In this document: positions 39,613 through 50,074 of the stretch, in pieces | How positions within the stretch are numbered: the stretch's first letter is position 1 | Layout: each line of letters begins with the position of its first letter | Source of the DNA: Alphaproteobacteria bacterium | GTDB lineage: Bacteria; Pseudomonadota; Alphaproteobacteria; UBA7887 | Length of the DNA stretch: 64,000 bases | Assembly: GCA_965216755.1 (NCBI GenBank) | Contig: CBDCGL010000011.1 | Span: forward strand, 1,952,001 to 2,016,000 | Reading direction: 5' to 3' | Notes under the pieces: generated by a model | Database searches by the model: none | Told to the model about the DNA's origin: nothing | What the model saw: the letters and a program-made list of their open reading frames with translations, nothing else | Made by a program: the position numbers and the translations under genes

Positions 39613-40701
39613 TCACGGCTCCACGACGACCTCAGCATCGGTGCCGGGGGTTCCATCTTGGCCGGCCGCAGTTCGCGCGGCGCCTGGCTCGACTGCGCCG
39701 CCCGGGGATGCGTTTTGCCGGGCGCGCGCCTGTTTTTTTGCCTTGCGCCAAGCTGCCACATTCCTGTTATGGCCGCGCAGCGTCTCAGCAAACGCATGCC
39801 CACCTTGGCCATTTGCGACGAAATAGAGATCTTTGGTCACAAGCGGGGCAATCACAGCCGCAAGCGCGTCGCGGCCCGGATTTGCTATCGGCCCCGGAGG
39901 CAGACCGGTGACTTGGTACGTATTGAACGGTGATGCGACCTTTAAGTCGGCTTGCGTGAGCGGTCGATCAAGTGGCCCAAGACCATTGGTCAAGGCGTAA
40001 ATCACGGTTGGATCGGACTGCAACCTCATACCGCGACCGAGTCGATTGAAAAACACACCCGCAATATGCGCGCGTTCCTCAGGTACACTTGTTTCTTTTT
40101 CCACAATCGATGCCAATACCACCACCTCGGACTTGCTTACCAAAGGATGGTCGTCGGCGCGACCATCCCATAGCGACGCAAGTGCCCTGCCAAACGCCGC
40201 CTCCATGCGGGCCACGATCTCAGCCCGACCGTCGCCCCAAGAATAATGATAGGTCTCGGGCAGCAGCGTCCCCTCCGCGGGAATGGTTTCTATGGTCCCG
40301 GTCAAGCCTTCGGCAGAATTCACCAACGCCGTCACTTGCGCTGATGTTAGCCCTTCAGGAATCGTCAAGCGCCGAACAACCGTTTCACCGGCAATCATTT
40401 TCTGCATGACTTGGTATGGGCTGCTGTGCGCGGGAATGACATATTCCCCGGCTTTCAAAGTCTGATCGCGACCATAAACATAGAACCCGAGCCGAAACCA
40501 AAATGCCCCCGAAATCACACCGGCGTCGCGAAGCTGCGCGGCGATCGACTGTACGCCAGCACCGCGCGGCAGAACGATCGACGTTTCCGCCCCAAGCGTG
40601 CCAGCGGACTTGAAACGGTCATCGAAAACCACGAAACCGAGCGCGGCAGCGGCAATCACTAGAAAGAAAAACGAAAAGAAGCCGGTTATGAATCGCGCCA
40701 T
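39613..40701 (-). CDS. mltG: Endolytic transglycosylase MltG
   Basis: TIPEG, EGTLLPETY, LASIVEKET, LQSDPT, GLPPGPIANPG. Confidence 0.95.
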   Translation of the reverse strand: MARFITGFFSFFFLVIAAAALGFVVFDDRFKSAGTLGAETSIVLPRGAGVQSIAAQLRDAGVISGAFWFRLGFYVYGRDQTLKAGEYVIPAHSSPYQVMQKMIAGETVVRRLTIPEGLTSAQVTALVNSAEGLTGTIETIPAEGTLLPETYHYSWGDGRAEIVARMEAAFGRALASLWDGRADDHPLVSKSEVVVLASIVEKETSVPEERAHIAGVFFNRLGRGMRLQSDPTVIYALTNGLGPLDRPLTQADLKVASPFNTYQVTGLPPGPIANPGRDALAAVIAPLVTKDLYFVANGQGGHAFAETLRGHNRNVAAWRKAKKQARARQNASPGGAVEPGAARTAAGQDGTPGTDAEVVVEP

Positions 40702-40728
40702 TGCGGCGAGGCCAACTCCGTGCGTGTG

Positions 40729-41997
40729 TTACGAGTCGCCGTCGTCGGCGCGCAATATCAGCGACGCGTTGGTACCGCCAAAACCGAACGAATTCGATAG
40801 AGCGGCACGCACAGGCCGCGACTTCGCTTCATTGGCGACCAAATCGAGATCGCATCCTTCCGACGGGTCATCCAAATTAAGCGTCGGCGGCACGGCACCA
40901 TATACGATGGCCAAAGTCGCAAAAATCGCTTCGACGGCGCCGGCTGCGCCCAGCAAATGACCGATTGACGACTTGGTTGACGACATCGACAGTCCTTCCG
41001 CCGCATTGCCAAACAGCCGTTTCACCGCGCCCAATTCAATCTCGTCGCCCAAAGGCGTCGATGTGCCGTGCGCGTTGATGTAGTCGATATCCTCGGGCGC
41101 CATGTCTGCCCGGCGCAGCGCCGCCCGCATCGAACGAAAACCGCCGTCACCGTCCGGCGCGGGTGCGGTTATGTGATAGGCGTCACCGGAAAGCCCATAG
41201 CCCGCCACTTCTGCGTATATCCGCGCGCCCCGGCGCCGCGCGTGCTCGCGTTCTTCAAGAATCACAACGCCCGCGCCTTCTCCCATAACGAAGCCATCGC
41301 GTGCTTTGTCCCACGGTCGTGACGCTTTCTTAGGCTCATCGTTAAACGCCGTTGACAACGCCCGCGCAGCCGAAAACCCGGCAATGCTGAGCGGCGATAT
41401 AGCACTCTCGGCACCGCCGGCGACCATGACGTCGGCGTCATCCAAAGCAATCAACCGCGATGCGTCGCCAATCGCGTGGGCGCCCGTTGAACAAGCGGTA
41501 ACAACCGCATGGTTCGGACCCTTGAAGCCAAAGCGCATGGACACTTGGCCCGACGCCAAATTGATCAAACAAGATGGAATGAAGAAGGGACTGATCTTTC
41601 GAGGTCCGCGTTCATGCAAGGTGACCGCTGCTTTCTCGATGCCCGGGAGACCGCCGATTCCCGAGCCAATCAAGACACCGGTACGCTCCAAAGCAAAGCT
41701 ATCGGTCGGCCGCCAAGCCGCGTTCGCGACAGCTTCGTCGGCAGCCGCGATCGCATAGTGGATAAACGTATCCATGCGGCGCTGCTCTCGGGGTTCGATC
41801 CATCGATCCGGATCGAAATCCCCGTCGCCTGTGCCACGTGGGACCTCGCCCGCGATACGGCTGGGCATGTTGCTCGGATCGAAAGTGACAATCGGGCCAA
41901 GACCCGAATCGCCAGCAATTAGTCGATCCCAAACATGGCCAACGCCACATCCCAACGGCGATACGATGCCCAGGCCAGTTATTACAACACGTCTCAT
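40729..41997 (-). CDS. fabF: Beta-ketoacyl-ACP synthase II
   Basis: MRRVVITG, TACSTG, NAHGTST, SSIGHLLGAAG, NSFGFGG. Confidence 0.97.
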   Translation of the reverse strand: MRRVVITGLGIVSPLGCGVGHVWDRLIAGDSGLGPIVTFDPSNMPSRIAGEVPRGTGDGDFDPDRWIEPREQRRMDTFIHYAIAAADEAVANAAWRPTDSFALERTGVLIGSGIGGLPGIEKAAVTLHERGPRKISPFFIPSCLINLASGQVSMRFGFKGPNHAVVTACSTGAHAIGDASRLIALDDADVMVAGGAESAISPLSIAGFSAARALSTAFNDEPKKASRPWDKARDGFVMGEGAGVVILEEREHARRRGARIYAEVAGYGLSGDAYHITAPAPDGDGGFRSMRAALRRADMAPEDIDYINAHGTSTPLGDEIELGAVKRLFGNAAEGLSMSSTKSSIGHLLGAAGAVEAIFATLAIVYGAVPPTLNLDDPSEGCDLDLVANEAKSRPVRAALSNSFGFGGTNASLILRADDGDS

Positions 41998-42063
41998 CGC
42001 ACGCGCCGCCATTCAGTTAGCGAGAACATCGCGCTGGCATCGTGCCGCGGCACCGCACGGCGA

Positions 42064-42303
42064 TTAAGCGGGCTGATGGCTCTCGATAAACGTAATCGCA
42101 TCCTTGACGCTGACGATCTTTTCCGCCGCATCATCCGGAATCTCGCAACCGAACTCCTCTTCGAATGCCATGACGAGTTCGACGGTATCCAGGCTGTCCG
42201 CGCCAAGATCGTCGATGAAGCTGGCGCCGTCGGTCACTTTTGATTCGTCGACGCCCAGATGCTCGACCACGATTTTCTTCACGCGCTCGGCAACGTCACT
42301 CAT
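42064..42303 (-). CDS. acpP: Acyl carrier protein
   Basis: [14 protein letters not shown]. Confidence 0.98.
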   Translation of the reverse strand: MSDVAERVKKIVVEHLGVDESKVTDGASFIDDLGADSLDTVELVMAFEEEFGCEIPDDAAEKIVSVKDAITFIESHQPA

Positions 42304-42485
42304 GCTTCACCCCTTCTTTGATGCCATCTTCGTAGAAATGCCCGCGGCGAAGTCCTTATATGGGACACATGCATCAACGGACCAAAAAAACATAGCGGAA
42401 CCGTCACTTGTCGACCCGAGAGGCGCCGTTCCTAGCACACTTCATAGAACCTGACTAGCCGGCGCCGACACGGTGTACACGATTG

Positions 42486-43223
42486 TTAAATCATGGCCAT
42501 GCCGCCGTTCACATGCAAGGTTTGCCCGGTTACGTAAGCTGCTTCGTCGGAAGCCAAATATACGGCTGCCGATGCCACGTCCTGCGGCGCACCGATACGT
42601 CCCATCGGGATAACCTCGCGCAATTTCTCAATTTGGGCCTCGCCAAGCGCGTCGGTCATCGCCGTTTCAATCATGCCGGGCGCAATACAGTTGACAGTAA
42701 CGCCGCGTGCCGCGACTTCGGCGGCCAAGGATTTGCTCATGCCGATCAAGCCAGCTTTTGATGCCGCATAGTTCGCTTGTCCTGCGTTGCCGGCCACGCC
42801 GACAACCGAGGTGACATTGATGATGCGCCCCCAGCGTTTCTTGATCATGCCGCGCATGGTCGCGCGGCATAGGCGAAACGCCGCCGACAAATTGACTTCA
42901 AGAACCGCAGCCCAGTCCTCGTCCTTCATGCGCAATGTCAGATTGTCACGGGTTAAGCCGGCGTTGTTGATGAGAATATCGACTCCGTCCATAGCACCTT
43001 CGGCGTCTTTGGCGAGACTTGCCACAGCCTGTGGATCAGTCAAGTCGCACGGCAAGACATGAGCCCGACTGGCCAATGCCGCCGCCTCTTGTTCCAGCCT
43101 ATCGACGCGCGTTCCGCTCAGGCCGACGCGCGCACCCTGCCCATGCAAAGCGCGGGCAATCGCCTGGCCTATGCCGCCCGAGGCGCCGGTGACCAGCGCT
43201 GATTTACCTGTCAAATCAAACAT
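42486..43223 (-). CDS. fabG: 3-oxoacyl-ACP reductase
   Basis: TGASGGIG, NNAGLTRD, GQANYAASKAG; located in the fab cluster. Confidence 0.96.
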   Translation of the reverse strand: MFDLTGKSALVTGASGGIGQAIARALHGQGARVGLSGTRVDRLEQEAAALASRAHVLPCDLTDPQAVASLAKDAEGAMDGVDILINNAGLTRDNLTLRMKDEDWAAVLEVNLSAAFRLCRATMRGMIKKRWGRIINVTSVVGVAGNAGQANYAASKAGLIGMSKSLAAEVAARGVTVNCIAPGMIETAMTDALGEAQIEKLREVIPMGRIGAPQDVASAAVYLASDEAAYVTGQTLHVNGGMAMI

Positions 43224-43228
43224 TGGCG

Positions 43229-44170
43229 TCAGACCGTTTTGATAAAGGCTTCGATATCGGCCGCAGATTGCACGGCCGTACCCGACACATCAGAGGAAAT
43301 CCTTCGTGCCATATTGGTCAATATCTTACCGATTCCGAGCTCAACCAAATTATCAACATCTTGATCGACCATCGCCAGGATACTCTCGCGCCAGCGGACA
43401 CGCGCCGTAACCTGGCTGACCAAAAGCGTTCGGATTTGTTCAGGTTCCGTCACTGGCGCGGCCGAAACGTTGGCGATGAGCGCCGGCGCGGGCGCCACGA
43501 TCGGCAATGTCTCAAGAGCCTCCGCCATGACCTCGGCCGCCGGTGTCAATAATGCGCAATGAAATGGCGCACTGACCGCCAATGGCATGACCCGGCGCGC
43601 GCCCCGCTCCTTGGCGATACGTTCGGCACGACCAATCGCGCGGGCGTGTCCACTCAGCACCACTTGGCCGGGGGCGTTGTCGTTGGCGACGTCGCATACG
43701 TCTCCTTCAGCGGCCGTCTCGGCAACCGCAATCGCGTCGGCAAGATCCAAACCGATGAGCGCCACCATGGCGCCCTCGCCGACAGCAACTGCGTCTTGCA
43801 TGGCTTTGCCACGCAACCGCAACAAGCGGGCGGCATCAGCGAGCGTCAGAGCACCAGCCGCGGCCAATGCCGAATATTCGCCCAACGAGTGGCCAGCGAC
43901 AAATTTCGCCGCTGTCGCAAAATCGATCCCGGCGTCGGCCTGCAGAACACGCACAACAGCCATAGAAACGGCCATCAAGGCGGGCTGGGCGTTTTCCGTC
44001 ATGGTGAGTTCGTCGGCCGGACCCTCGAACATCAAACGCGACAAATGCTGATTCAGCGCATCATCGACCTCCTCAAGAACCTGCCTTGCGGTGGGGAATA
44101 CCTGGGCCAATTCCTGGCCCATGCCAACGGTCTGGGATCCCTGCCCCGGAAATACAAATGCGCGCACCAT
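43229..44170 (-). CDS. fabD: Malonyl-CoA:ACP transacylase
   Basis: FPGQGSQ, GHSLGEY, VSAPFH. Confidence 0.96.
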   Translation of the reverse strand: MVRAFVFPGQGSQTVGMGQELAQVFPTARQVLEEVDDALNQHLSRLMFEGPADELTMTENAQPALMAVSMAVVRVLQADAGIDFATAAKFVAGHSLGEYSALAAAGALTLADAARLLRLRGKAMQDAVAVGEGAMVALIGLDLADAIAVAETAAEGDVCDVANDNAPGQVVLSGHARAIGRAERIAKERGARRVMPLAVSAPFHCALLTPAAEVMAEALETLPIVAPAPALIANVSAAPVTEPEQIRTLLVSQVTARVRWRESILAMVDQDVDNLVELGIGKILTNMARRISSDVSGTAVQSAADIEAFIKTV

Positions 44171-44375
44171 AGCTGCCGTTGTACCGACTGTTGTTTCTAG
44201 CTCAAAGTTAAGTGGACTAAAGCTCCGGTGCAAACTTGCGATGCGAACGTCCTCTGCGCGACCTTTGTTTCCGCGCGGCCGCGCTTTTGATGCCGCACTT
44301 GCACCGTTTGTCCGCCACACAGACACAGTCGGGTCGGCGCTGTCAAGAATGTGCCGCGTTACCGGCGGGGTTCGC

Positions 44376-44403
44376 TTGCACGACGTGGGATAATCGCTAT
44401 AGT
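44376..44403 (+). promoter_or_regulatory. Sigma70-type promoter for the rpsF operon
   Basis: TTGCAC-N16-TATAGT, about 260 bp upstream of rpsF. Confidence 0.45.
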
Positions 44404-44663
44404 GCGGCGCTCCGAAACACCCTCGTCAGGTCGTCCGGGGCGTGTTGGGCTGCCATCCGTGTTGTTGGTTGTTGAAACTGCGGTAGTCTACCGTGGGTAC
44501 GTGGCTCTTGCTCGACTCCATTGCCGGGGTCAGGGCAAAATGACCCGAGCAACTGGGCAAATCGCGGATCGGGCGCGCAGCCAAAAAGGTAACCTATCGA
44601 CACAGGCTTGGGTGCCGATCGTGCCACTTCGCCCAAGACTCATCCTGCGGTGGAGACGAAAAT

Positions 44664-45149
44664 ATGCCGCTATACGAAAGCGTGTTCATAGCGCGACAAG
44701 ATATCCCGGCCCAGGAGGTTGAATCCTTGGCCGATGGTTATGCGGGGCTGATTTCCGAAAATGGCGGCGAGGTCAAGCGGCGCGAATATTGGGGTTTGCG
44801 CAATCTCGCATATCGCATCAAGAAAAGCCGCAAAGGCCATTACATCATGATGCATATAGAGGCACCGTCCGGCGCAATTTCGGAAATGGAACGGAACATG
44901 CGCATCAGCGAAGACGTATTGCGCTATATGACGCTGCGTGTCGAGGAGCTGGAAGAAGGGCCGTCTGCGATGCTCCAAAACAGGTCTTCGCGCGATGACC
45001 GTGGACGCCGTGACGACGGCCGCGGTCGCTCGCGTCACGGCCCTCGGCAAGACGCGCGCTCCGATGAAGGTCGCGGCCGCCCGAGAGATACCGACGGCAC
45101 ACGTCCAGCTGCCGAAAAAGAACCGGCTGCCGCGGAAGGAGGCGCATAA
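44664..45149 (+). CDS. rpsF: 30S ribosomal protein S6
   Basis: [27 protein letters not shown]; charged C-terminal tail. Confidence 0.97.
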   Translation: MPLYESVFIARQDIPAQEVESLADGYAGLISENGGEVKRREYWGLRNLAYRIKKSRKGHYIMMHIEAPSGAISEMERNMRISEDVLRYMTLRVEELEEGPSAMLQNRSSRDDRGRRDDGRGRSRHGPRQDARSDEGRGRPRDTDGTRPAAEKEPAAAEGGA

Positions 45150-45152
45150 GCG

Positions 45153-45413
45153 ATGGCGGAACATTCTGGAGGGCGACCGGTGCCATTGCCGCGACGGCCA
45201 TTCTTTCGCCGGCGCAAGACCTGTCCGTTTTCGGGCGCGAATGCACCGAAGATCGATTACAAAGATTATAAGTTATTGCAGCGCTTTACATCGGAACGCG
45301 GCAAGATCGTGCCGAGCCGAATTACCGCGGTATCAGCGCCGAAACAGCGGCAGTTGGCGCGGGCAATCAAACGCGCGCGATTTTTGGCCCTATTGCCTTA
45401 CCTGGTCAAGTAA
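45153..45413 (+). CDS. rpsR: 30S ribosomal protein S18
   Basis: [32 protein letters not shown]. Confidence 0.97.
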   Translation: MAEHSGGRPVPLPRRPFFRRRKTCPFSGANAPKIDYKDYKLLQRFTSERGKIVPSRITAVSAPKQRQLARAIKRARFLALLPYLVK

Positions 45414-45452
45414 GCGGGGTGCCGCCTCGATAAACGCGGTGAATCCAGAGAC

Positions 45453-46367
45453 ATGCCGACGCCGACCCTTGTCGCCATAGCAGGGGGCCTACTAAGCGCC
45501 GTTCTCTATTTGGCGCCGCTGGCTGGTGCAATTTTCATTGGTTTCCACTACGCCACGCATATACCGCTGTTTCTTGTCGGCCTTGCCATGGGCACAGGCC
45601 CCGTTGTCGTCGCCAGCGCCACCGCGTCGGTACTGACGCTATTATTCAACGTCTTGGTCGGCGGCATTTTCATGATTGCTTATGCGGTTCCGGTGATTCT
45701 ACTGGCCAGACAGGCGCTATTGAACAGAATCGACGCGGACGGACAAACTGAGTGGTATCCGCCCGGCCACTTGTTGGCGTTAGCCACCGCATATGCGGTG
45801 GCACTATTGGTCGCTGCCAATTTCGCGTTCGTCGGTCAGGAAGGCGGGCTGCAAGGGGCGATCGAAGGACTATTAGACGAAGTACTCGCCTCGCTTGAAT
45901 CCGGTATGGCGCTGCCGCCAAAGGACGTGATCTTGCGGTATGCGTTTCTGTTTCCCGGCCTGGCAGGTGCGATGTGGGTGTTGATCGTCGCGGTCAACGG
46001 CGTCATGGCGCAAGCGCTGGCGGTTCGCTTGAAACGCAATCTACGGCCAACGCCGCACTACTCGCGTCTGAAGCTGCCGCTTTGGCTGACTTTCACTTTG
46101 AGCGCCATCGCTCTGCTGTGGCTAGTCGGCGGCGAGTCCGCCCTGGGCTTTTTGTCGGGCGCCGTTTTGGTGACCGTGCTGATGCCGTTTTTCCTTTTGG
46201 GCCTGGCCGTGATACACAGCGTCACGCGCGCCATGCGGATCCCAACATTGATCCTGGGCGTGTTTTACGTTTTTCTCGTGTTGCAACTGTGGCCCGCGTT
46301 GGTCGTCGCTGGGCTCGGTATCATCGAACCGTGGGCAGGCATTCGCGACCGTCTCAAGACGACGTAA
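45453..46367 (+). CDS. DUF2232 (YybS-like) membrane protein
   Basis: Multi-TM protein, EWYPPG, GLAVIH; usual position between rpsR and rplI. Confidence 0.8.
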   Translation: MPTPTLVAIAGGLLSAVLYLAPLAGAIFIGFHYATHIPLFLVGLAMGTGPVVVASATASVLTLLFNVLVGGIFMIAYAVPVILLARQALLNRIDADGQTEWYPPGHLLALATAYAVALLVAANFAFVGQEGGLQGAIEGLLDEVLASLESGMALPPKDVILRYAFLFPGLAGAMWVLIVAVNGVMAQALAVRLKRNLRPTPHYSRLKLPLWLTFTLSAIALLWLVGGESALGFLSGAVLVTVLMPFFLLGLAVIHSVTRAMRIPTLILGVFYVFLVLQLWPALVVAGLGIIEPWAGIRDRLKTT

Positions 46368-46425
46368 CGACAGGTCGGTGTCGCCGCGGTTCAGCCGCGA
46401 TACACCATGTGGAAGGGCGATTGAT

Positions 46426-47049
46426 ATGAATGTAATTCTTTTGGAGCGGATCGAGCGCCTCGGACAAATGGGCGACGTTGTCAGTGTCGCCGATGGCTAC
46501 GCGCGAAATTTCCTGTTGCCCCGCAAGAAGGCACTGCGGGCAACGGCCGGCAATCGCGATGTATTCGAAACGCGGCGCGCGCAGTTCGAAGCCGACAACT
46601 TAGAACGCCGCAAAGAAGCCGAACAAGTTGCGGAGAAAATGGCTGATCTGTCGGTCGTGATGATTCGTCAAGCTGGTGATTCGGGTCAACTTTATGGCTC
46701 GGTCAGCGGCCGCGATATCTCAACAGCCGTGACCGAGGCCGGATTCACAATCGAACGCCGCCAGGTGGTTATCAATCGCGCGTTCAAGGCATTGGGTCTC
46801 TATCCGGTTCGCGTGGTCTTACATCCCGAGGTCAGCGTCGAAGTCACCGTCAATATCGCGCGATCGGAAGAAGAAGCGAAGCTTCAGGCCCAGGGCGTGG
46901 ACGTCACCGCGACGGATATGGATGAGCCGTTTGACGAGACATTGGTGGGCGAAGTCGCACCCGAATCGGAACAATCGACTGGCGCCGAACAGATATCTGA
47001 GACACCCGAACCGTCTGACCAAGCCAACGAAACACCGCCTGAGGACTAA
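46426..47049 (+). CDS. rplI: 50S ribosomal protein L9
   Basis: [22 protein letters not shown]. Confidence 0.97.
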   Translation: MNVILLERIERLGQMGDVVSVADGYARNFLLPRKKALRATAGNRDVFETRRAQFEADNLERRKEAEQVAEKMADLSVVMIRQAGDSGQLYGSVSGRDISTAVTEAGFTIERRQVVINRAFKALGLYPVRVVLHPEVSVEVTVNIARSEEEAKLQAQGVDVTATDMDEPFDETLVGEVAPESEQSTGAEQISETPEPSDQANETPPED

Positions 47050-47198
47050 GCGCAAGCCCAACCGACTAAGCCAATCCTTTGTCACTGTTGTGAAAATCGA
47101 TTGCATCGCACGGGGTTACGCGTTCTATAATAGATACTCGGGTCGTGGTAGTGGCCTTAATGCCACTGTCGACCCCCACAAGCAGGGGGAACGGTTCG

Positions 47199-48425
47199 GT
47201 GCTATTGGTACGATTTTTGGAAGGTATAGTTCAGTCTGGCAACCTGACGGTCGTCGACCACAAGGGTGGCACACATCGCATTGGTGACGGCACGGGAACC
47301 CCGATCACCATGCGCGTTGATGACCGGTGGTTTGGATTGCACCTGTTGTGCTCGCCGTCCCTAGCGACCGCTGAAGCTTATATGGATGGCCGTTTGACCT
47401 TGGAAAACGGCTCGCTCTATGACTTGCTGGCATTGGTCGCCGCCAACATGAATCGAACCGCGCCCAGGAAGTCCGAAACCCTACGCCGTTGGGGTGGCAT
47501 CCTGTTGCGCCGTTTCATGCAATACAATCCGATCGGACGCGCACAGCGCAATGTCGCCCACCATTACGACCTGTCGGGCGATCTGTACGATTTGTTTCTT
47601 GACGCGGACAAGCAGTATTCGTGTGCGTATTTCGTCCAATCTGATGATGATTTGGAAACGGCACAAGCCAACAAAAAGCGCCACATCGCGGCCAAACTGC
47701 TGCTGCATCGCAATCATCGCGTGCTTGACATTGGATCGGGCTGGGGCGGACTGGCCCTGCATTTGGCGCGCGAATGGGGCGCCATTGTCGACGGTGTGAC
47801 GCTGTCGGAAGAACAGCACGGCGTGGCGTCGCAACGCGCTGCCGAGCAGGGCCTGGCCAAGAAGGTGCAGTTTGCGCTCAAGGATTATCGCCATGTCGAC
47901 GGTCCGTATGATCGCGTCGTGTCGGTTGGCATGTTTGAGCATGTCGGCGTCGGTCACTATGGCGAGTTCTTCAACAAGATTCGCGGCCTGCTCAACAAGC
48001 ATGGGGTCGCCCTGGTGCACACCATCGGTCGTACCGACGGACCGGGCGTGACGGATCCGTTTATCCGCCGCTACATCTTTCCCGGCGGCTATATACCGGC
48101 TTTGTCTGAAGTCATTCCGGAGATCGAGCGGGCTGGGCTGGTGGTCACCGACGTTGAAGTTCTGCGGCTCCACTATGCGGATACTTTGCGCCATTGGCGC
48201 CGCCGTTTCATGGCCAATTGGGATCGCGCCAAGGCCTTGTATGACGAACGCTTTTGTCGCATGTGGGAGTTCTATTTGGCGGGCAGCGAGGTTGCGTTCC
48301 GCCACATGGGCATGGTGGTTTTCCAAATTCAGCTGGCGTGCGACCAGACCTCGGTGCCACTGACGCGCGATTATATTGCCGAGCTGGAGAACACGCCTGT
48401 GCCGCGCAAGAGCGCCGCCGCGTGA
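47199..48425 (+). CDS. cfa: Cyclopropane-fatty-acyl-phospholipid synthase family methyltransferase
   Basis: HHYDL, YSCAYF, LDIGSGWGG, SVGMFEHVG, YIFPGG, RMWEFYL. Start GTG 47199 after GGGGGA (start uncertain). Confidence 0.9.
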   Translation: MLLVRFLEGIVQSGNLTVVDHKGGTHRIGDGTGTPITMRVDDRWFGLHLLCSPSLATAEAYMDGRLTLENGSLYDLLALVAANMNRTAPRKSETLRRWGGILLRRFMQYNPIGRAQRNVAHHYDLSGDLYDLFLDADKQYSCAYFVQSDDDLETAQANKKRHIAAKLLLHRNHRVLDIGSGWGGLALHLAREWGAIVDGVTLSEEQHGVASQRAAEQGLAKKVQFALKDYRHVDGPYDRVVSVGMFEHVGVGHYGEFFNKIRGLLNKHGVALVHTIGRTDGPGVTDPFIRRYIFPGGYIPALSEVIPEIERAGLVVTDVEVLRLHYADTLRHWRRRFMANWDRAKALYDERFCRMWEFYLAGSEVAFRHMGMVVFQIQLACDQTSVPLTRDYIAELENTPVPRKSAAA

Positions 48426-48468
48426 CCTCGATAGGACGACCAGCCTACTGCACCAAGCTGGCTCATAG

Positions 48469-48496
48469 TTATCCACGATATCCTTTTTGATCCACA
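48469..48496 (+). promoter_or_regulatory. Two tandem DnaA boxes upstream of dnaB
   Basis: TTATCCACG (48469-48477) and TGATCCACA (48488-48496), each 8/9 to TTATCCACA, same orientation. Confidence 0.65.
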
Positions 48497-48541
48497 GGCG
48501 TGGCCATAGCATTCGTTGCTACGAACAGTTAGTCTCCGACC

Positions 48542-50074
48542 ATGAACCTCGGCGGCAATGCGGCCAGTATGACGGTTTCGGTCGGTGATGCGACAACCGA
48601 CAACGAACCGCGCACACTGCCCCACAATGTTGAAGCAGAACAAGCGCTTCTCGGTGCCATCTTGGTCGACAATTTGGTGCTGGATCGTGTTTCAACGTTC
48701 CTCGATTCCGAACATTTCCACGTCCCGGTCCATGGCCGCATCTACGATGTCGCACGGACACTAATTCAACGCGGGCAATTGGCAACACCAATCACGCTCA
48801 AGGCCGCGTTCGACAATGACGCGGCACTTGGCGAGGTCGGCGGCGCCCAGTACCTCAATCGCCTGGCGATGGCCGCGGTCAGCTTGGTTAACGCGGAAGA
48901 TTACGGCCGCGTTGTGTATGATCTCGCAATACGCCGTGCCTTGATCCGCATGGGCGAAGAAATCGTCGAGACGGCGTTTGATCCGACCATCGACGATCCG
49001 GCGACCGAGCAAATCGAACGCGCGGAGCATCAGCTCTTCCAGTTGGCCGAAACCGGCGCTCACGAGGGCGGGTTCGTTACTTTCGGTCAATCGCTTACGG
49101 CGGCTGTGCGGAGCGCTGAGGCGGCTTACAAGCGCGAAGGCAAACTGTCCGGCGTGTCGACTGGCTTGGTCGACATGGACAACCTGCTCGGCGGCCTTCA
49201 CAACTCAGACTTGTTGATCTTGGCCGGGCGGCCGTCGATGGGGAAAACGGCATTGGCGACGAATATCGCCTTTCATGCCGCAAAAATGGACCGCGACGAT
49301 CTTTCCGCCACCCCAAAGGGCGCGCGCCATGACGGCCATGTCGTGGCGTTTTTCTCTTTGGAGATGTCAGCCGAGCAACTCGCGACACGCATTCTGGCCG
49401 AGGAATCGGGATTGCGCTCAGATCACATTCGCCGCGGGAAGCTCTCGGACGAGGAATTCGTCCAACGCCTGGTTCCAGCCAGTCAGCGATTGAGCAGCGT
49501 ACCACTCTACATCGACGACACGCCGGCCTTGACCATTCCGGCCCTGCGCACCCGGGCGCGCCGCCTAAAGCGCACGCACGGGCTCCATATGGTGGTCGTT
49601 GACTATTTGCAGCTCTTGCGGGCCGCGAGCCGCGTTGAAAGCCGGGTACAGGAAATCTCGGAAATCACCCAAGGTCTAAAGGCGATGGCCAAGGAGCTTG
49701 ATGTACCCGTGTTAGCGCTTTCGCAGCTCAGTCGCGCCGTTGAGCAACGGGAAGACAAAAGACCGCTTCTATCCGATTTGCGCGAGTCGGGGTCGATCGA
49801 ACAAGATGCTGACGTGGTGATGTTCGTCTATCGTGAGATTTACTATCTGGAGCGTGGCGAACCCCAACAACGCGGTGAGGAAAAATACGAGCATTTCATG
49901 GAACGATATGATCGTTGGCAGGAGCGGTGCGAACAGGCGTTTGGGCTGGCCGAAGTGATTGTCGCCAAACAACGCCACGGCCCGATTGGTGTCGTCAAAG
50001 CCCGATTTGACGCAAATACCACACGCTTTCAGGACTACGCATCCGCCGATCATTTGCCGGAGCCACGTTCTTGA
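48542..50074 (+). CDS. dnaB: Replicative DNA helicase
   Basis: PHNVEAEQALLG, AGRPSMGKT, FSLEMS, VDYLQL, LSQLSR, DLRESGSIEQDAD, KQRHGP. Confidence 0.97.
   Translation: MNLGGNAASMTVSVGDATTDNEPRTLPHNVEAEQALLGAILVDNLVLDRVSTFLDSEHFHVPVHGRIYDVARTLIQRGQLATPITLKAAFDNDAALGEVGGAQYLNRLAMAAVSLVNAEDYGRVVYDLAIRRALIRMGEEIVETAFDPTIDDPATEQIERAEHQLFQLAETGAHEGGFVTFGQSLTAAVRSAEAAYKREGKLSGVSTGLVDMDNLLGGLHNSDLLILAGRPSMGKTALATNIAFHAAKMDRDDLSATPKGARHDGHVVAFFSLEMSAEQLATRILAEESGLRSDHIRRGKLSDEEFVQRLVPASQRLSSVPLYIDDTPALTIPALRTRARRLKRTHGLHMVVVDYLQLLRAASRVESRVQEISEITQGLKAMAKELDVPVLALSQLSRAVEQREDKRPLLSDLRESGSIEQDADVVMFVYREIYYLERGEPQQRGEEKYEHFMERYDRWQERCEQAFGLAEVIVAKQRHGPIGVVKARFDANTTRFQDYASADHLPEPRS

Noticed and set aside
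47481-48512. 343-aa ORF antisense to cfa (and similar long antisense ORFs, e.g. 29583..30410, 55445..56149)
   Set aside because: Antisense shadows caused by codon bias; no recognisable domains.
48542-50074. Intein in dnaB (or in the visible part of nrdJ)
   Set aside because: Lengths are normal and no splicing motifs are present; the short insert near the DnaB C-terminus is typical of Alphaproteobacteria.
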